A stretch of 64,000 nt of DNA from Octopus vulgaris (Eukaryota), in NCBI GenBank assembly GCA_951406725.2, contig OX597823.1:17794001-17858000 (forward strand). The letters are read 5' to 3'. Position 1 is the first letter of the stretch. Every line of letters starts with the position of its first letter. The position numbers were made by a program, and so were the translations under genes. Below, piece by piece: positions 13,637-28,504 of the stretch. The notes under the pieces were generated by a model. The model had not been told where the DNA came from, searched no databases, and was given only the letters and a program-made list of their open reading frames with translations.

Positions 13637-13697
13637 ATATATAATTATGTGTATGTGTGTGTGTGTGCATGTGTGTATGTGTGTGCGTATAAATATA

Positions 13698-13768
<71 letters not shown>

Positions 13769-14317
13769 GGAGAATTCACAAAAGAAAAACAAAAGATGAA
13801 GACAGGTGGTGTAGAAAATAAACAGATGTAAAGAGAGAGAGGACTATACTATCTACCTTTGCTACCTTAAGTTGTGGTTTGTTGGGAGTTTAGCTACTAT
13901 TTCTAGCAAGTCGAATGGCCATGTAGTAGCTCTCTAATTATCTGTCTCTGGTTTATGTAGGTCGTGGAATATGATACCAGCAACAGAAGTCTATCCAAGT
14001 TTGAAAGTTCCACTGAATGAAACATATCACTCACTCTCTCTCTCTCTCTCTCTCTGAGTAAATTATCTTTTCCACCACTACTACCACCACCACCATCATC
14101 ATCACCACCACCTATGCCATATTACCTCCACCCTCTGTAATCAGTGCAATAGTCATCATGATCATCATCATATCAATCACCATTGCAGCACTCACTTTCA
14201 CCACCACCACCACCACCACCATCATTATAATGATTGCTATCCCTATCATCATCACCATCATCATCATTGTCATTATCTTATTCAACATTTCATCATTACT
14301 GATGATGATGATGATGG

Positions 14318-14348
<31 letters not shown>

Positions 14349-14897
14349 GTCGTCATCATTGTCATCGTCATCAGCATTTGTTCAAGCATCCTGTTGAGTA
14401 TTTATGAATCAGTAAATTGGTAATTGTAGAAAAGGTGAAAGACATTGCAGCAGCAGAGTTGGTATAGTTCTACTGGAGAGAATGTCTACTGGTATTTAAT
14501 TACATCCCTTTATACACTGAGTTTAAATTGTATCAAGATTGACTTTGATTTTTATCATTCCAAAGTTTGAATAAAAATAAATATCGGCTAAGTATTTGGG
14601 TCTGGAGTAAGTGGTTTTTCACTACTTTCCACTACTACTTGTATAGTAAGTGATTTGATCTGAGACTGTATGTTGTAATTGAAGCAATTACAGTCTTGGT
14701 GAGTCATTTTAGCCATCAAAACCACACAGAGGCTGTTAACTTCACTAAATCATTTACATGTCAGTGACCAGGTTGCAGAGTGCGTGATGAAAATTTTGAC
14801 ACCAAATGAAAAACTGAAGTTATCAGTTTCTGTGAGTTTCTGAATGGCTAAAATGAATCTTCCTTGCTGTAATTGCTTTGATATATCCTCCATGTAA

Positions 14898-15337
14898 GGT
14901 GGTGAAGCTGGCCGAAATGTTAGCACACTGGGCGAAATGCTTAACAGTATTTCATGTCTTTATGTTCTGAGTTCAAATTCTGCCTTTGACTTTGCCTTTC
15001 ATCCTTTCGGAGTCGATTAAATAAGTACCAGTTACACACACCCTGGGGTCGATATAATTGACTTAATCCATTTGTCTGTCCTTGTTTGTCCCCTCTGTGT
15101 GTAGCCCCTTGTGGGCAGTAAAAATATAAGAAACTTTAGCATGCCGGATGAAATGCCTTGCGGTATTTTGTCTGTCTTTACATTCAGAGTTCAAATTCCG
15201 CTGAGGTTGTTTTGCCTTTCATCCTTTTGGGGTCAATAAATTAAGTAACTCTTGCATAATGGGGTTGATCTAACTGACTGGCCCCCTCCCCCAAAATTTC
15301 AGGCCTTGTGCCTAGAGTAGAAAAGTAAAGAATATTC
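14898..15337 (+). mobile_element. Meta-SINE dimer (B1 + headless B2)
   Basis: Two tandem Meta cores; flanking repeat CCTCC(A/G)TGTAA at 14887-14897 and 15338-15348. Confidence 0.8.
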
Positions 15338-15843
15338 CCTCCGTGTAAAATATATGGTCTTGTATTGATATTTAAAAATCACTCAATGAATCTTCCCTGT
15401 ATTCTTTACCATATTTGCTTAAAGAGTAATGAACAAATTGCACAGCAAATGCACAGAATTGTATTGTATTCTTTGCAGAGGAAATGAGAGTGTTTAGATA
15501 TTAATGACTTTAGAGAAGATCTCTTTATGAAAGATATCTATTTAGTGTATGTGTCAGCATGTAAACATATATATATGTATGTGGACATGTGTGCTTGTGT
15601 GTGTGCATGTACTTGTGTATGTGTGTGTGTGTGTGTGCTTGTATGGATGGGTGTGTGTGCAAGTGTGTGTGTGCTTGTGTGTGTGTGTGTGTGCATGTGC
15701 ATGCATGTGCTTGTATGTGTGGTTATACATTTGAGTGTCAGCAAATAAATAAGTATGTGTGTGCATATGTGCATGTGTGTGTATGTACTTTTCTTTTACT
15801 TATACTCGTTTCTGTCATTTGACTGCAGCCATGCTGGAGCACC

Positions 15844-15890
<47 letters not shown>

Positions 15891-15900
15891 CACATCTATG

Positions 15901-16272
15901 CATCATGCTTAGTGAATACACAGTCGATAGGCCAGTTACTGCAGTACCTGTCCCGAGATAACATCTGTGATAGCCTTGCTGTGTTGAAAACAATTAATAC
16001 CAACAAAAATTCAACCCAGCAGTTGCAGCAGCTGCAGTTGGCAACTGCACCACATGCATTGCAGCCTTTTTGGGACCTTTTCAATGGTACATGCAGCTAA
16101 TCACATGCTCTGACAAGAATTCCTCATCTCTAATACAGAATGGTGGGATAAATTTTCATCTCTCTCTAATATTTATTACATGTTTAACACAGCACGTTCA
16201 TAATAAATGTCATCTCAGGACAAATACTACAGTATCTTGCCTATCAACAATGTATACATTAAGTATGATATA
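15901..16272. repeat. Diverged fold-back element
   Basis: ~63-bp imperfect inverted arms 15902-15964 / 16207-16269. Confidence 0.6.
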
Positions 16273-16311
16273 TAGGTGGCTAATTTTAACTAAATATTGC
16301 TTCAAGTGAAG

Positions 16312-16356
<45 letters not shown>

Positions 16357-16415
16357 TAGATATTGTTGTATTTTGGGATGGTCATTTTTTTTTTGCCAAA
16401 TAAACACATGCACTA

Positions 16416-16830
16416 TACTCTTTACTCCTTTTACTCTTTTAGTTGTTTTAGTCATTTGACTGCAGCCATGCTGGAGCACTGCCTTTAGTTGAGGAAATCG
16501 ACCCCAGGACTTATTCTTTGTAAGTCTAGTACTTATTCTATCGGTCTCTTTTGCCGAACTGCTAAGTTACGGGGACATAAACACACCAGCATCAGTTGTC
16601 AAGCAATGTTGGGGTGGGGGACAAACACAGACACACAAACACACATACATATATATACATATACATATATACGACAAGCTTCTTTCACTTTCTGTCTACC
16701 AAATCCACTCACAAGGCTTTGGTCAGCCCGAGGCTATAGTAGAAGACATTTGCCCAAGGTACCATGCAGTGGGACTGAACCCGAAACCATGTGGTTGGTA
16801 AGCAAGCTACTTTCCACACAGCCACTCCTA
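16416..16830 (-). mobile_element. SINE A
   Basis: Reverse complement of family A. Confidence 0.9.
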
Positions 16831-17227
16831 CGTCACAGTCAAATGACTGAAACAAGTAAAAGAGTAAAAGTGTATATGTATGTATATATTCATGTGTGTC
16901 TGTGCTTGTCCCCAGGTTGAGTCGGCTTCTTCTACCACCCTCGAGGCATCTTGAACCATGGCAGTCCATGCACGACAGTCCTGCGCCAGTTCACTGGAGA
17001 TAGCGAGCCAGTCAATGGCAGATTGTTTAGGGGCTGTCTTGTCCTTATGTGCATATGTAAATATATATATGGATGGCTGTGTGTGCGTGTGTGTATGACA
17101 GACTTCTATGCTGTGTCTGCCTACCAAATTCTATGCACAAAGCTTTGGTCAGTCCAAGACTATTATAGAAAGCACTTGCTCAAATTGTTGTGTTCTGAGA
17201 TTGAGCTGAAGTGAGATAGTTAAGAAA

Positions 17228-17282
<55 letters not shown>

Positions 17283-17455
17283 TACACACACACACACACA
17301 CACAAATATACACACTAGTCAGTAAAACAAACAAGACTGTATGGTGAGGAGGGTAAATTTTGGACACCTTACAGGATAAAGAATAAAGCCTACTAAAAAT
17401 GGATAACCTCAAGAGACTCAATGGCTACCTATTATTGGGTATATATAGTGAGTAT

Positions 17456-17790
17456 GTGAAGGTTCATGGCTCAGTGGTTAGAGCATCGAGCTTACGATTG
17501 TGAGGTTGTGAGTTCGAATTCCGGACCAGGCTGCATGTTGTGTTCTTAAGCAAGTCACTTTATTTCACATTGCTCCAGTTCACTCAGCTGTGGAAATGAG
17601 TTGCGACGTCACAGGTGCCAAGCTGCATCGACCTTTGCTTTTCCCTTGGATAACATTGGTGGCATGGAGAGGAGAGGCTGGTATGCATGGGCGACTGCTG
17701 GTCTTCCATAAACAACCTTGCTGGACTTGTGCCTAGGAGGGTAACTTTCTAGGTGCAATCCCATGGTCATTCATGACCGAAGGTGGTCCC
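17456..17790 (+). mobile_element. tRNA-derived CORE-SINE
   Basis: A-box TGGCTCAGTGG, B-box GAGTTCGAATTCC, CORE-like TGTGTTCTTAAGCAAGTCACTT...CTCAGCTGTGGAAATG. Confidence 0.8.
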
Positions 17791-18157
17791 AATAGTGAGT
17801 ATGTATGTTTAAGATGTATGTGAAGACAGGATTTTCAGGGAATTGTGAGAAGGTGACCTAAACTTCATTGGTCAAGTTCCAAAGGATAGAATGTTGATAT
17901 TCAGCAACATCACTGTGGGATGCATATCTCAGAGCTTGATGAAACAAATGGATCAGCCTGGTCCCCAGTATACTGTATTGATGATGCACACACAGTCTGC
18001 CTGGCCATATTTGACCACTGGACCAGGACATCAAGGAGAAGAGAGTGAGGTTGGTCATTTTGTGTAACTCTCTCTCTTGTTATAATCCAAGTCAAGTGCA
18101 AGTCAGGACTCTTCCAGCATAAATCGAGACATGAACTTTTTCAAACTATAAAAAGGT

Positions 18158-18455
18158 GGAGGCACATGGCCTAGTGGTTAGAGCAGCAGTCAAGGGATCG
18201 CGGGTTCGAATCTCAGACAGGGCGATGTGTGCGTGTTCATGAGCGAAACACCTAAGCTTCACGCAGCTCCGGCAGAAGGTAATGGCGAACTTCTGTTGAC
18301 TCTTTCGCCATAACTTTCTCTCACTCTTTCCTCCTGCATCTTGCAGCTCACCTGCGATGGACTGGCATCCCGTCCAGGTGAGGAACCTATATGCCAAGGA
18401 AACCAGGAAACCGGCCCTTATGAGCCAGGCATGGCTTGAGAAGGAACAAACTAAC
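18158..18455 (+). mobile_element. tRNA-derived SINE family C2
   Basis: TGGCCTAGTGG / GGTTCGAATC boxes; copies at 35858-36070 (+) and 37303-37565 (-). Confidence 0.85.
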
Positions 18456-18976
18456 AGATGCTAATGCTATAAACAAAAGTCTTAAGATGCAGATTTTGTT
18501 GACACAGGTTAAAAAATGACTGCCTCTATAGAAAAGAGGAGTCTGCACACTTTACAAAACAGTTCTGCTATTAACTTTGGTTGTTGCTTGAAACAGTGAT
18601 CACCTTGCTTGTAGAAATGTCTTCTATCTATATTCTACCATGAAATAACTTTATATCTACATTCACCCAGCCTGACATCACTTTATTTAAAGGGAAATCT
18701 GGAGAGAAAATTAACTGATTTTATTTATCAGTTCTAAGTATGATACACAGAAGATTGATACATATATATATGTATGTATATATATATATATATACATATA
18801 GATACACACACACACACACACACAGTTAATCCCCCAAAACGAAGAAAATACAAGAAAAGACAACAATGTGAGGACGTGGTACATGAAAACTATTAACGGA
18901 CGCCCAGGGAAGGAGAGCAAGTTAGTTTTTACATATATATATATATATATAAACACACATATATATATACTCACAT

Positions 18977-19007
<31 letters not shown>

Positions 19008-19159
19008 CATACATATATATGCACATACATGTATATACACATATTACTACTTACTGGCACTCCATTGATAACAAGGTAACAATAACGAGGGTTCCAGTCG
19101 ATCCGATCAATGGAATCCCTGCAGTGTATGTGTGTGTGTATGTGTGTGTGTGTTTGTAT

Positions 19160-19200
<41 letters not shown>

Positions 19201-19952
19201 TGTGTGCATGTGTGCATGCATATGTGTGTGTGTGTGTGTTTGTGTATGAATGAATAAATAAAAAAAGAGAGTAGCACTCAATACATTTCATTGGAGTTAC
19301 GTTTATTCAATAATGGTTTAATCAGAACTAGGCTCATTTCAGGTCAGTGTCTGAAGATATTTGACAAGGTGAACATGTCCTGTACTCATGAAACTTTAAG
19401 TAATGAACAGTTAAGTTAAATTGCTACGTTACATTTATATATATTTAACTGGCTCTGGAAGTTTTAACAAACGATATGTAGATGAGTGAACATGTGTTGA
19501 GCACTCCATTCTCATCCTTCTCATTTGTCCAACATGCATCAACACACACACACACACACACACACACTCACTCACTCACATACACACACATACACACTCA
19601 CAAACACATACACATACACATTCATACATGTACATATACATATATACATGTGCATGCCTCCGCATGGCCACAGTGTTTGAACTGAAATGCAAAAGTGAGT
19701 GCAAGAATATATATATATATATAACCATCATCATCATCATCATCATCATTTAGCGTCCGCTTTCCATGCTAGCATGGGTTGGACGGGTCAACTGGGGTCT
19801 GTGAAGCTGGAAGGCTTCATCAGGCCCAGTCAGATCTGGCAGTCCTTCCTAATGCCAATATATACATATATATATATATATATGCATATATGTATATATA
19901 TATGCACATACATTCTCATGCATATATTCATATATACATATATACATACACA

Positions 19953-20170
19953 AAGAAGAATCTGGATAAACTGGGATTTTCAGAAAGAGAAATCGACTGG
20001 CTGATTCGAACAATACAAGTGCAATCTGTGAGTGGAACAGTAAAACTATACAAGACTTTTCTCAAGTTCCAAATGTGAATTTGTCTGTGTTAACTACATC
20101 CCAAAGATGAAGCTTTGTATATTTGTTAGAAACCAGCTCCCTCCTCAGTGGAAAATTTATAATTAAAACC
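19953..20170 (+). mobile_element. 3' end of an RLE-type (R4/NeSL-like) non-LTR retrotransposon
   Basis: KNLDKLGFSEREIDWLIRTIQVQSVSGTVKLYKTFLKFQM* plus 3' UTR; nearly the same sequence at 49655-49860 (-). Confidence 0.75.
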
Positions 20171-20365
20171 TAGAAGACACGCACACACACATACACACAC
20201 ACACACAAACACACGCACATACACACACACACAAACGCACACACACATACACACATATATCTATATATATTAACAATAATATATAATTATTTATTATTAA
20301 TAATAATGTTGTTGTTATTATTTATTAATAATAATAATATATTTCTGTCTCTTTCTCTCTGTCTT

Positions 20366-20450
<85 letters not shown>

Positions 20451-20527
20451 ATATATATATTGATAAAACGGTAAGATAACAAAAGAAAGAAAGAGACCTC
20501 AATATTATGTAAATAGAGGAAATTTAT

Positions 20528-20737
20528 CTATACAATATGTTACATTACTCGGTAGTCAAGATAAAACTCTGAGTTTCAGATGCCGAAGTGGAAATCCACA
20601 ACATTTTTTCCACAATATTTTTTCATAACGTTTTCAAATAGCCAGATAACCGAAGAGATGGTGTTGTGGATTTCCACTTAGGCATCTGAAACTCAGAGTT
20701 TTATCTTGACTACCGAGTAATGTAACATATTGTATAG

Positions 20738-20740
<3 letters not shown>
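20528..20740 (+). mobile_element. Fold-back Penelope-like fragment with hammerhead motif (20644-20706)
   Basis: Arms 20528-20606 / 20662-20740; AGATAA-CCGAAGA-GATG...CATC-T-GAAAC-TCAGA-GTT-TTATCT (6-bp stem I). Confidence 0.7.
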
Positions 20741-20780
<40 letters not shown>

Positions 20781-21020
20781 CCAGTTGCAAAGATATTCTA
20801 GAACTCGACTGAGGATAGAAAACTCCGAATGACCCATCCTTGTTTTCCTTGTATCCCATGTCTGGGTGTTTTGTTCTCCCTTTTTTTTTGTATCACATAA
20901 CTGTCTGGATGTTTTGCGTTCTTGTCCCATTTTTGTATATATATATATATGTATATGTATATATACATAACATACATACATACATACAGGCATATAAATA
21001 TATATATATATATATATATA

Positions 21021-21238
21021 CGAGAGGGATGGCTGAAAAGTTCCTGGTTTTGGGTAAATGAAAATACAGGAGGATCAGTTAATTATGATTTTATTCAACA
21101 TACTCCCCTCTCAGATTCATACACTTATTGCAGTGGTCCCTCAGTTTTTCTCAGCCCTGTAAAGAACTCGGAATGTTGGGCCTCCATGCAGGCCCTTCAC
21201 GATATCCTTAAAGCCATGAACTTTTCAGCACCCCGTCG
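21021..21238. mobile_element. mariner-type MITE; second copy at ~24703-24928
   Basis: TA-flanked TIRs ...GCTGAAAAGTTCCTGG / CCATGAACTTTTCAGC... Confidence 0.7.
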
Positions 21239-21418
21239 TATACGTATGTGTGTGTATAAATATATATATATATATGTGTATATATATATCATCATCATCA
21301 TCATCATCATCATTTAACGTCCGCTTTCCATGCTAGCATGGGTTGGACGGTTCAACTGGGGTCTGGGGAGCCCGAAAGCTGCACCAGTCCAGTCAGATCT
21401 GGCAGTGTTTCTACAGCC

Positions 21419-21460
<42 letters not shown>

Positions 21461-21484
21461 ATGTATGTACACAGATATATATAC

Positions 21485-21577
<93 letters not shown>

Positions 21578-21669
21578 CACAGATATTTATGCAGACTAAA
21601 ATAAAATTTTTGCATATATATGCAGAAGTCTGCATACTTTCAATTCTTTCGAACAGACACATAGATAAG

Positions 21670-21703
<34 letters not shown>

Positions 21704-22362
21704 AATCTATGTATACAAGCATACACTGAATTTTACACATACGCAGACAACACGCACACACATACACATATACATATTCACATACATGCAAACAAATAAA
21801 TAAACATACACACCCCACATGTGTACAAACATACATGCCACTCACTGGTAAGGGAAGTCGGCCCTATTTTTTTCATCTTCCCACTGCTGTCACATCTCAT
21901 TCCATCTAATTCGGCACCCCACCTCGTACTTACAACTACCACCCCTTAGCCCTTACTCTACGCTAATCTTGCAAACCCCAGCGCCGCCATCGCCACCACC
22001 ACCACCACCACCACCATCACCACTGCTACCGCCGCCGCCGCCATCACCACCACCACCACCACCATCACCAAAACTCCACCCTGAAATAAATAAATTTAGC
22101 TGATGTCAGCGAAATCTAAGACATATTAGACTACTAGACACATGTATCATGTGGCAACTGATATATCTTGTCTCCTACATCTGCCACGTATTTCTCAAAT
22201 GTGAACCATGTTTTAAATGCTGCCTTATTTAAATGGCATCTGCATGTATGTGTGTAAGTGTGCCTCTGTGTGTGTGTGTATGCATACATGTGCATATACA
22301 AGCATTCACACATACACACATGCACACACACCACACATATATATGTACATATACATGCATAT

Positions 22363-22446
<84 letters not shown>

Positions 22447-22489
22447 GTGTGTGTATATATATATATATATATAGAGAGAGAGTAGGACA

Positions 22490-23770
22490 GAGAGGATGAA
22501 TAATTTTGAAATGACTGTTGCAGGGGGAGGGACATGTGTCCGACAGGTACCATTCGGTTTATGGTATCTCAGTTTTTTTGTTTTTTTTTACTTTTCAGGT
22601 GAAGACATAACACTGAGGACGATAAAGCATTGTGTGTTTGCCTATGACAGTTACGTGAAGAATAACGAGTCTGTCTCACACCAGTTGAGCATGAGGTTCG
22701 GCACCACTTCAAGATTCACTGAAATCAAGCTGATCCCACCCATAACACAATCTTACATAGGGTGAATGCACTTTATACACGAGGTACTCTAATGAAGACG
22801 AGACCGGTGGGAGCGCCATGAATGGTACGCACCCTGGAAAATGTGGAACACATCAGACAAGCTTTGATATGGTGTCCAAATCACTGCTCGGAGGCATTCT
22901 ATTGAACTTGGTATCGGTAATCAATCGGTAAGGTGTATTTTACATGAAGACCTGCATTTACACCTGTACAAATTGCTCACTGTGCAACAGTTGAAACCAG
23001 GGTACTATTATGCACAGTGGCTTAACTTTGCACATCAGATGGAAGCAATTTTTGAGGCAAATGACAACTTCATTTTGTTAATGTGTGATGAAGCTCATTT
23101 TCATCTCAATAGCATGGTGGATCAACAGAACTGTCGTTACTGAGCTTTTGAAAATCTGAGAGAACTGCATGAAAGACCTCTGCAAAGCCAAAAGGTGACA
23201 GACTGGTGTGCTGTTGAAAAAGCTGCCATCATGTTGTTGCTGTGAACTCCAGGTGTTACATTGAGATAATAAACAAGTTCTTTGTGCCTAAATTACGATG
23301 AAAACATGCCTATTCGACATTTGTGGTTTCAGCAGGATGGGGTGATGGCCATTGAAGCCAGAGCATCAATAGACATTCTTCACCCTCTATTCGGTGACCG
23401 CCTCATTTCCAGGTTTGCTGACATTCCTTGCCCCCCCCCCCCCCTCAGTCCACTGATTTGCCCATGTGTGAGTATTTCTTGTGGACAAACCTCACGGCAT
23501 GTTTGCATGCAAAAAGCCCCATACATTGGATGATTTGAAGGAAGCTATTCAAGTGGAAGCTGTCCAAATCAACAGAGCAATGCAAAAGAGAATGGAGGCC
23601 AACTTCCAAGAATGCCTTCAAAAATTCATCAATGAAAACAGAATGCATATGATGGATGTTGTTTTCCACACTTGATTTTGACAAATGCTAATTCAATATA
23701 AACACGTTGATGTCAGTAAAATTTATTTGTAGCTAAAATTAATGATTATGTGAATTTTTCAAAACTGTCG
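22490..23770 (+). pseudogene. Decayed Tc1/mariner DD41D (rosa-like) transposon
   Basis: DEAHFHLNSMVDQQNCRY*AFENLRELHERPLQSQKVT (from 23087), WFQQDG (23324), LISRFADIP-C-PP-..-CEYFLW; many stops and frameshifts. Confidence 0.85.
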
Positions 23771-23892
23771 TTAGGAAGGGCATCCAGCTGTAGAAACACT
23801 GCCAGATCAGACTGGAGCCTGGTGCAGCCTCCTGGCTTCCCAGACCCTGGTTGAACCGTCCAACCTATGCTAGTATGGAAAATGGACGTTGA

Positions 23893-23931
<39 letters not shown>

Positions 23932-23955
23932 TCCCTCCTCTTTGCTCCACTCTGT

Positions 23956-23988
<33 letters not shown>

Positions 23989-24302
23989 TGAATACATAAG
24001 TATATACATATATGCATGCATAAATACATACACAGATACATACTATACACTCATTTTTTACACACTCACATGCTCAAACATGCATCTTTTCTTTTACAAG
24101 AAAAGAAGCAAGCCTTCATCAGTCAAATGTTAAATGTTAACTGGTCAAAACTTCAAACTCACTGTCACCACTTTCAAATAATAATGTATATGACGAGATG
24201 TTTGCCTTGCCTAACGTTTGTTATCCGCTTTAACAATTATATATCTTTCGTTTTGGGATTTGGTTTGCAAGATTCTTTATGTGAGTTCGTGTGTTGAAGC
24301 AT

Positions 24303-24520
24303 ATTCTGTTGTGTTTGGGGAGAGTCATTCTCTTTTAGTGCCTTATTATTTAACACACTCACCGGTAAAATTTCCACTTATTTCTTACTATTGAAAAGGT
24401 TGCAAGACACAACGAAAATTTTAGAAAATAAAAACAAGAAATAAGTGGAAATTTTACTGGTGAGTGTGTTAAATAATAAGGCACTAAAAGAGAATGACTC
24501 TCCCCACACACAACAGAATT
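24303..24520. repeat. Fold-back element
   Basis: ~85-bp near-perfect inverted arms with ~48-bp spacer. Confidence 0.8.
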
Positions 24521-24665
24521 ATATATCTGCTATATTGGAAATCCACAATCTGCAGTGGATCCATAACTACCATCTCGGTTATAACCTTGGAGTCCTAGTA
24601 ATCCGTTACAACACTTACCTAGCATACCTAATCGTTTACATCACCTGTGAACTAAACCTCAATAG

Positions 24666-24707
<42 letters not shown>

Positions 24708-25042
24708 GGGGTGCAGTATAGTTCTTGGCTTTGGGTAAAAGAAGCCAGAGGAGTATCAGTTAATTATGATTTTATTTAACATATCTCCCCTCTCAGACTC
24801 ACACACTTATTGCAGCAGTACTTCAGTTTTTCTAAGCTCTGTAAAAGAACTTGGAAGGTTGAGAGGTTGAGCCTCCAACTAGGCGTTTTGTGATACACTT
24901 AAAGCCAGGAACTTTTCAGTCCAACTCATATATATATATATATATATATATATGAACATAATAAAATAGGGTAATAATAAATTATTATTACCAGTGACCT
25001 AGCACAAAAAACGAATTAGTCATTAGACTATATATTATTCAT

Positions 25043-25228
25043 ATAGAAATACAATAAGAGGCTTCCAAATAGGAAAGCATTGTGCTAGAACACCAAAAAG
25101 GGTTAAATTCACGAAAGGAATGTTGAGATGGTAAATGTTTTTAATTTTCATTCCTTTCATGAATTTATCCCTTTTGGGGGGTTCTAGCACAACGCTTTTC
25201 TATTTGGAAGCCTCTTATTGTATTTCTA
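25043..25228. repeat. Fold-back element
   Basis: ~80-bp inverted arms with ~26-bp spacer. Confidence 0.8.
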
Positions 25229-26021
25229 CATATATATATATATATGTATGTACCGGAATATGCACATAGATGTGAAACAAGGTGGGAAAAAGAGTACTCA
25301 AATACCAGAGGTAGAGTAATATGGTTTATTAAAAGCAGCAGTCAAATGACTGAAACAAGTAAAAGAGAGTATACATACATACATATATACACACACATCT
25401 ATGAATATTTGACTGTCCCTCTAAACATTTGGTTCTCCCTCCCAATCTGTCTCTTAACCTCTGTCTCTTTTCCTCAGTGACTCCCCACCATCCTCTCCGT
25501 CTACATATATTTGTCTGTTAATCTCACTGTGTCTCCAATACAATTTGCTCTGACAGCAAACGGAGAATTGAAACATTCCTTTTCCGTCAAATCTGTTTTT
25601 GATTTTTATTCTGTATTGTCATGTCTCTCTGTCCATCTTCATCTGGCTAAGCACACACACAAGCACACGTACCACATATAGACACATCCACACACTCTCA
25701 TTTGGTTGCAATCAGGAGCTCAGATACATAGATAGATAGATAGATAGATAGAAAGATAGATGCATTTTTGTGTTCATGTATGTGCACATGGTTTCATATA
25801 TATATACTTATTTATGTAAATACATGCACACATGCATACACACACACACACACACAGACACAGCTGTTTAAGCATAGGTACTTTATCATATTGTTCTGTC
25901 TTTCTGTCTGTCTGTCTGTCTGTCTGTCCATGCAACCTGGTTTAGGATGAATATATTAATGAAGCATTGTTTCACAGCTAGATACCTTTCAGGTGTTTTG
26001 AATTTGAATCTTCTTTGCAAG

Positions 26022-26075
26022 ATCATCATCACCATTTTCACCACCACCACCACCACCACCACCACCACCATCACG

Positions 26076-26118
<43 letters not shown>

Positions 26119-26186
26119 CCATCATCATCATCACCATCATCACCACCATCATCACCATCATCACCATCATCACCACCACCACCACC

Positions 26187-26220
<34 letters not shown>

Positions 26221-26226
26221 TCATCA
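26022..26226. repeat. (CAT/CAC)n trinucleotide tract, expanded tail of a family D SINE
   Basis: Pure CAT/CAC run; source of the spurious poly-His ORF. Confidence 0.9.
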
Positions 26227-26238
26227 TTTAACATCGGT

Positions 26239-26617
26239 AAGGTGGCGAGCTGGCAGAATCATTAGCATGCCGGGTGAAATGTTTAGCATTATTTCATCTG
26301 TCTTTACGTCCTGAGTTCAAATTCTGCCAAGGTCGACTTTATCTTTCATCCTTTCGGGTATCAATAAATCAAGTACCAGTGGAATACTGGAGCCAATCTA
26401 ATTGACTGGCCGTACTCCCTAAAAATTTCGGGCCTTGTGCCTAGACTAGAAAAGAATATAAAGGCAGCGAGCTGGCAGAAATGTTAGCATGGCAGGCAAC
26501 AGGCTTAGCAGTATTTTGTCTGTCTAAATTAAGTACCAGTTGAGTACTGAGGCTGATGTGATAGACTGTTCCCCCAACCCACAAAATCCAGGCCTTGTGC
26601 TAATAGTAGAAAGGATT
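26239..26617 (+). mobile_element. Meta-SINE dimer inserted into a family D SINE
   Basis: TSD ATTTAACATC(G/T)GT at 26226-26238 and 26618-26630. Confidence 0.8.
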
Positions 26618-26930
26618 ATTTAACATCTGTCTTCCATATTGGCATGGGTTGGATAAATTTGTCCGGCAGTCTGTGAGCTGCAGGGCTGCACGAGGCTCCA
26701 AGGTTATGTTTGGCCTGGTTTCTGCAGCTGAACGCCCTTTCTAGTGTCACCTCCTTTACAGAGTGCACTGAGTTGAGATATTCTTTCTAAAGTGATATGC
26801 TGAAAACAATATTCTTTTCTACTCTAGGCACAAGGCCCAAAATTTTTTGAGGTGGGGCAGTCGATTAGATCAACCTCTGTACACAACTGGTACTTAATTT
26901 ATCGACCCTGAAAGGATGAAAGGCAAAGTA

Positions 26931-27094
26931 AAAAAAACAGAGAAACGAAACATGCAACATAAAGAATATTCTCCTTCTTCAGTTGTCCCTGTTTCATCTA
27001 CTCCTTATCTTCGCAACGTGGAGTATATAAAACAGGGACAACTGAAGAAGGGGAATATTCTTTATGTTGTATGTCTCGTTTCTCTGTTTTTTTC
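26931..27094. repeat. Fold-back element
   Basis: ~75-bp inverted arms around TTATCTTCGCAACGT. Confidence 0.8.
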
Positions 27095-27309
27095 GTTGTT
27101 CGAAAAAAAGCTCATTTCTATGTTTTTGTTTTTATGTTTTCGTTTCTCATTGTGTTCAACATTGTTTTTTGATGTCATGTACCCATATATGCATGTATAT
27201 ATACATATATATGTAGGTATGTGCATATATGTATGTATACATGCATATATTCATATATTATTTTATTATTATATGATCGAATGTCACACATCCTTTCCAA
27301 GAAAATTTT

Positions 27310-27340
<31 letters not shown>

Positions 27341-27342
27341 CA

Positions 27343-27378
<36 letters not shown>

Positions 27379-27407
27379 CATGCATATATATATATACATA
27401 CACACAT

Positions 27408-27464
<57 letters not shown>

Positions 27465-27949
27465 TATATGTGTGTATGTATATATATATATATTTTTATA
27501 TTGGGTAAAATACGTATACATACATGCATTTTGTATAATATTTTATACAACAGGCTGATAAAGTAAGTACAAGGATTACAAAGAATAAGTCTAAAGGTGG
27601 TGCTCCAGCATGGCCCAGTCAAGTGACTGAAACAAGTAAAAGAACGAAAGAATAAAAAAATGCATATCATGTCATGCGTTTGAATCTTAGTCTGGGCAAT
27701 ACATTGCATCCTTGAGCAAGGTACATCATTTCATGTTGCTGCAGGGTTCTCAGCTGAAAGGAGTACAAGTAAAGGCTGGTGCAGTTCACTTTCTGTCTGT
27801 CTGTGTGACAGTTGCACCCTGGATGTCATGCTAGTGCAAGAGCGAGAGAGCCAGGAGGCTGCCTAAGTCTGTTCACAACTACACAGGAACTTGGGACAAT
27901 TAACGAAAGCATCATAAATGACACCAAAGCTTCTGATATGGTTTCAATG

Positions 27950-28007
<58 letters not shown>

Positions 28008-28379
28008 TATGCATGTATGTATGTATATATGTATATATATTTATGCATGGACGTGTGTGTATATATATGTATATATACACACACACATATATATATATAT
28101 ATATATGTATGTATATATTCACATATATATATGTATATATATGTATATATATGTATGTGTGTATGTCTATATTTGTATATATATGTGTTTATATATGCAT
28201 ATATATACATACATAACTAATATATATATATATTGTATACACACACATACATATGTGTGTGTTTATGATGCAACTGGTAAGAGAATAAGAGATGGGAACA
28301 GACACACCTACTCACATCTGCATACACATACACACACACACGCACGTGTATGGTAATGTATGTGTGAGTGTGTATAGAT

Positions 28380-28504
<125 letters not shown>

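Noticed and set aside
26015-26314. Poly-histidine ORF
   Set aside because: Expanded (CAT/CAC)n SINE tail running into a Meta-SINE
26916-27566. 216-aa ORF
   Set aside because: Chimera of SINE end, fold-back element and TA/CA microsatellite
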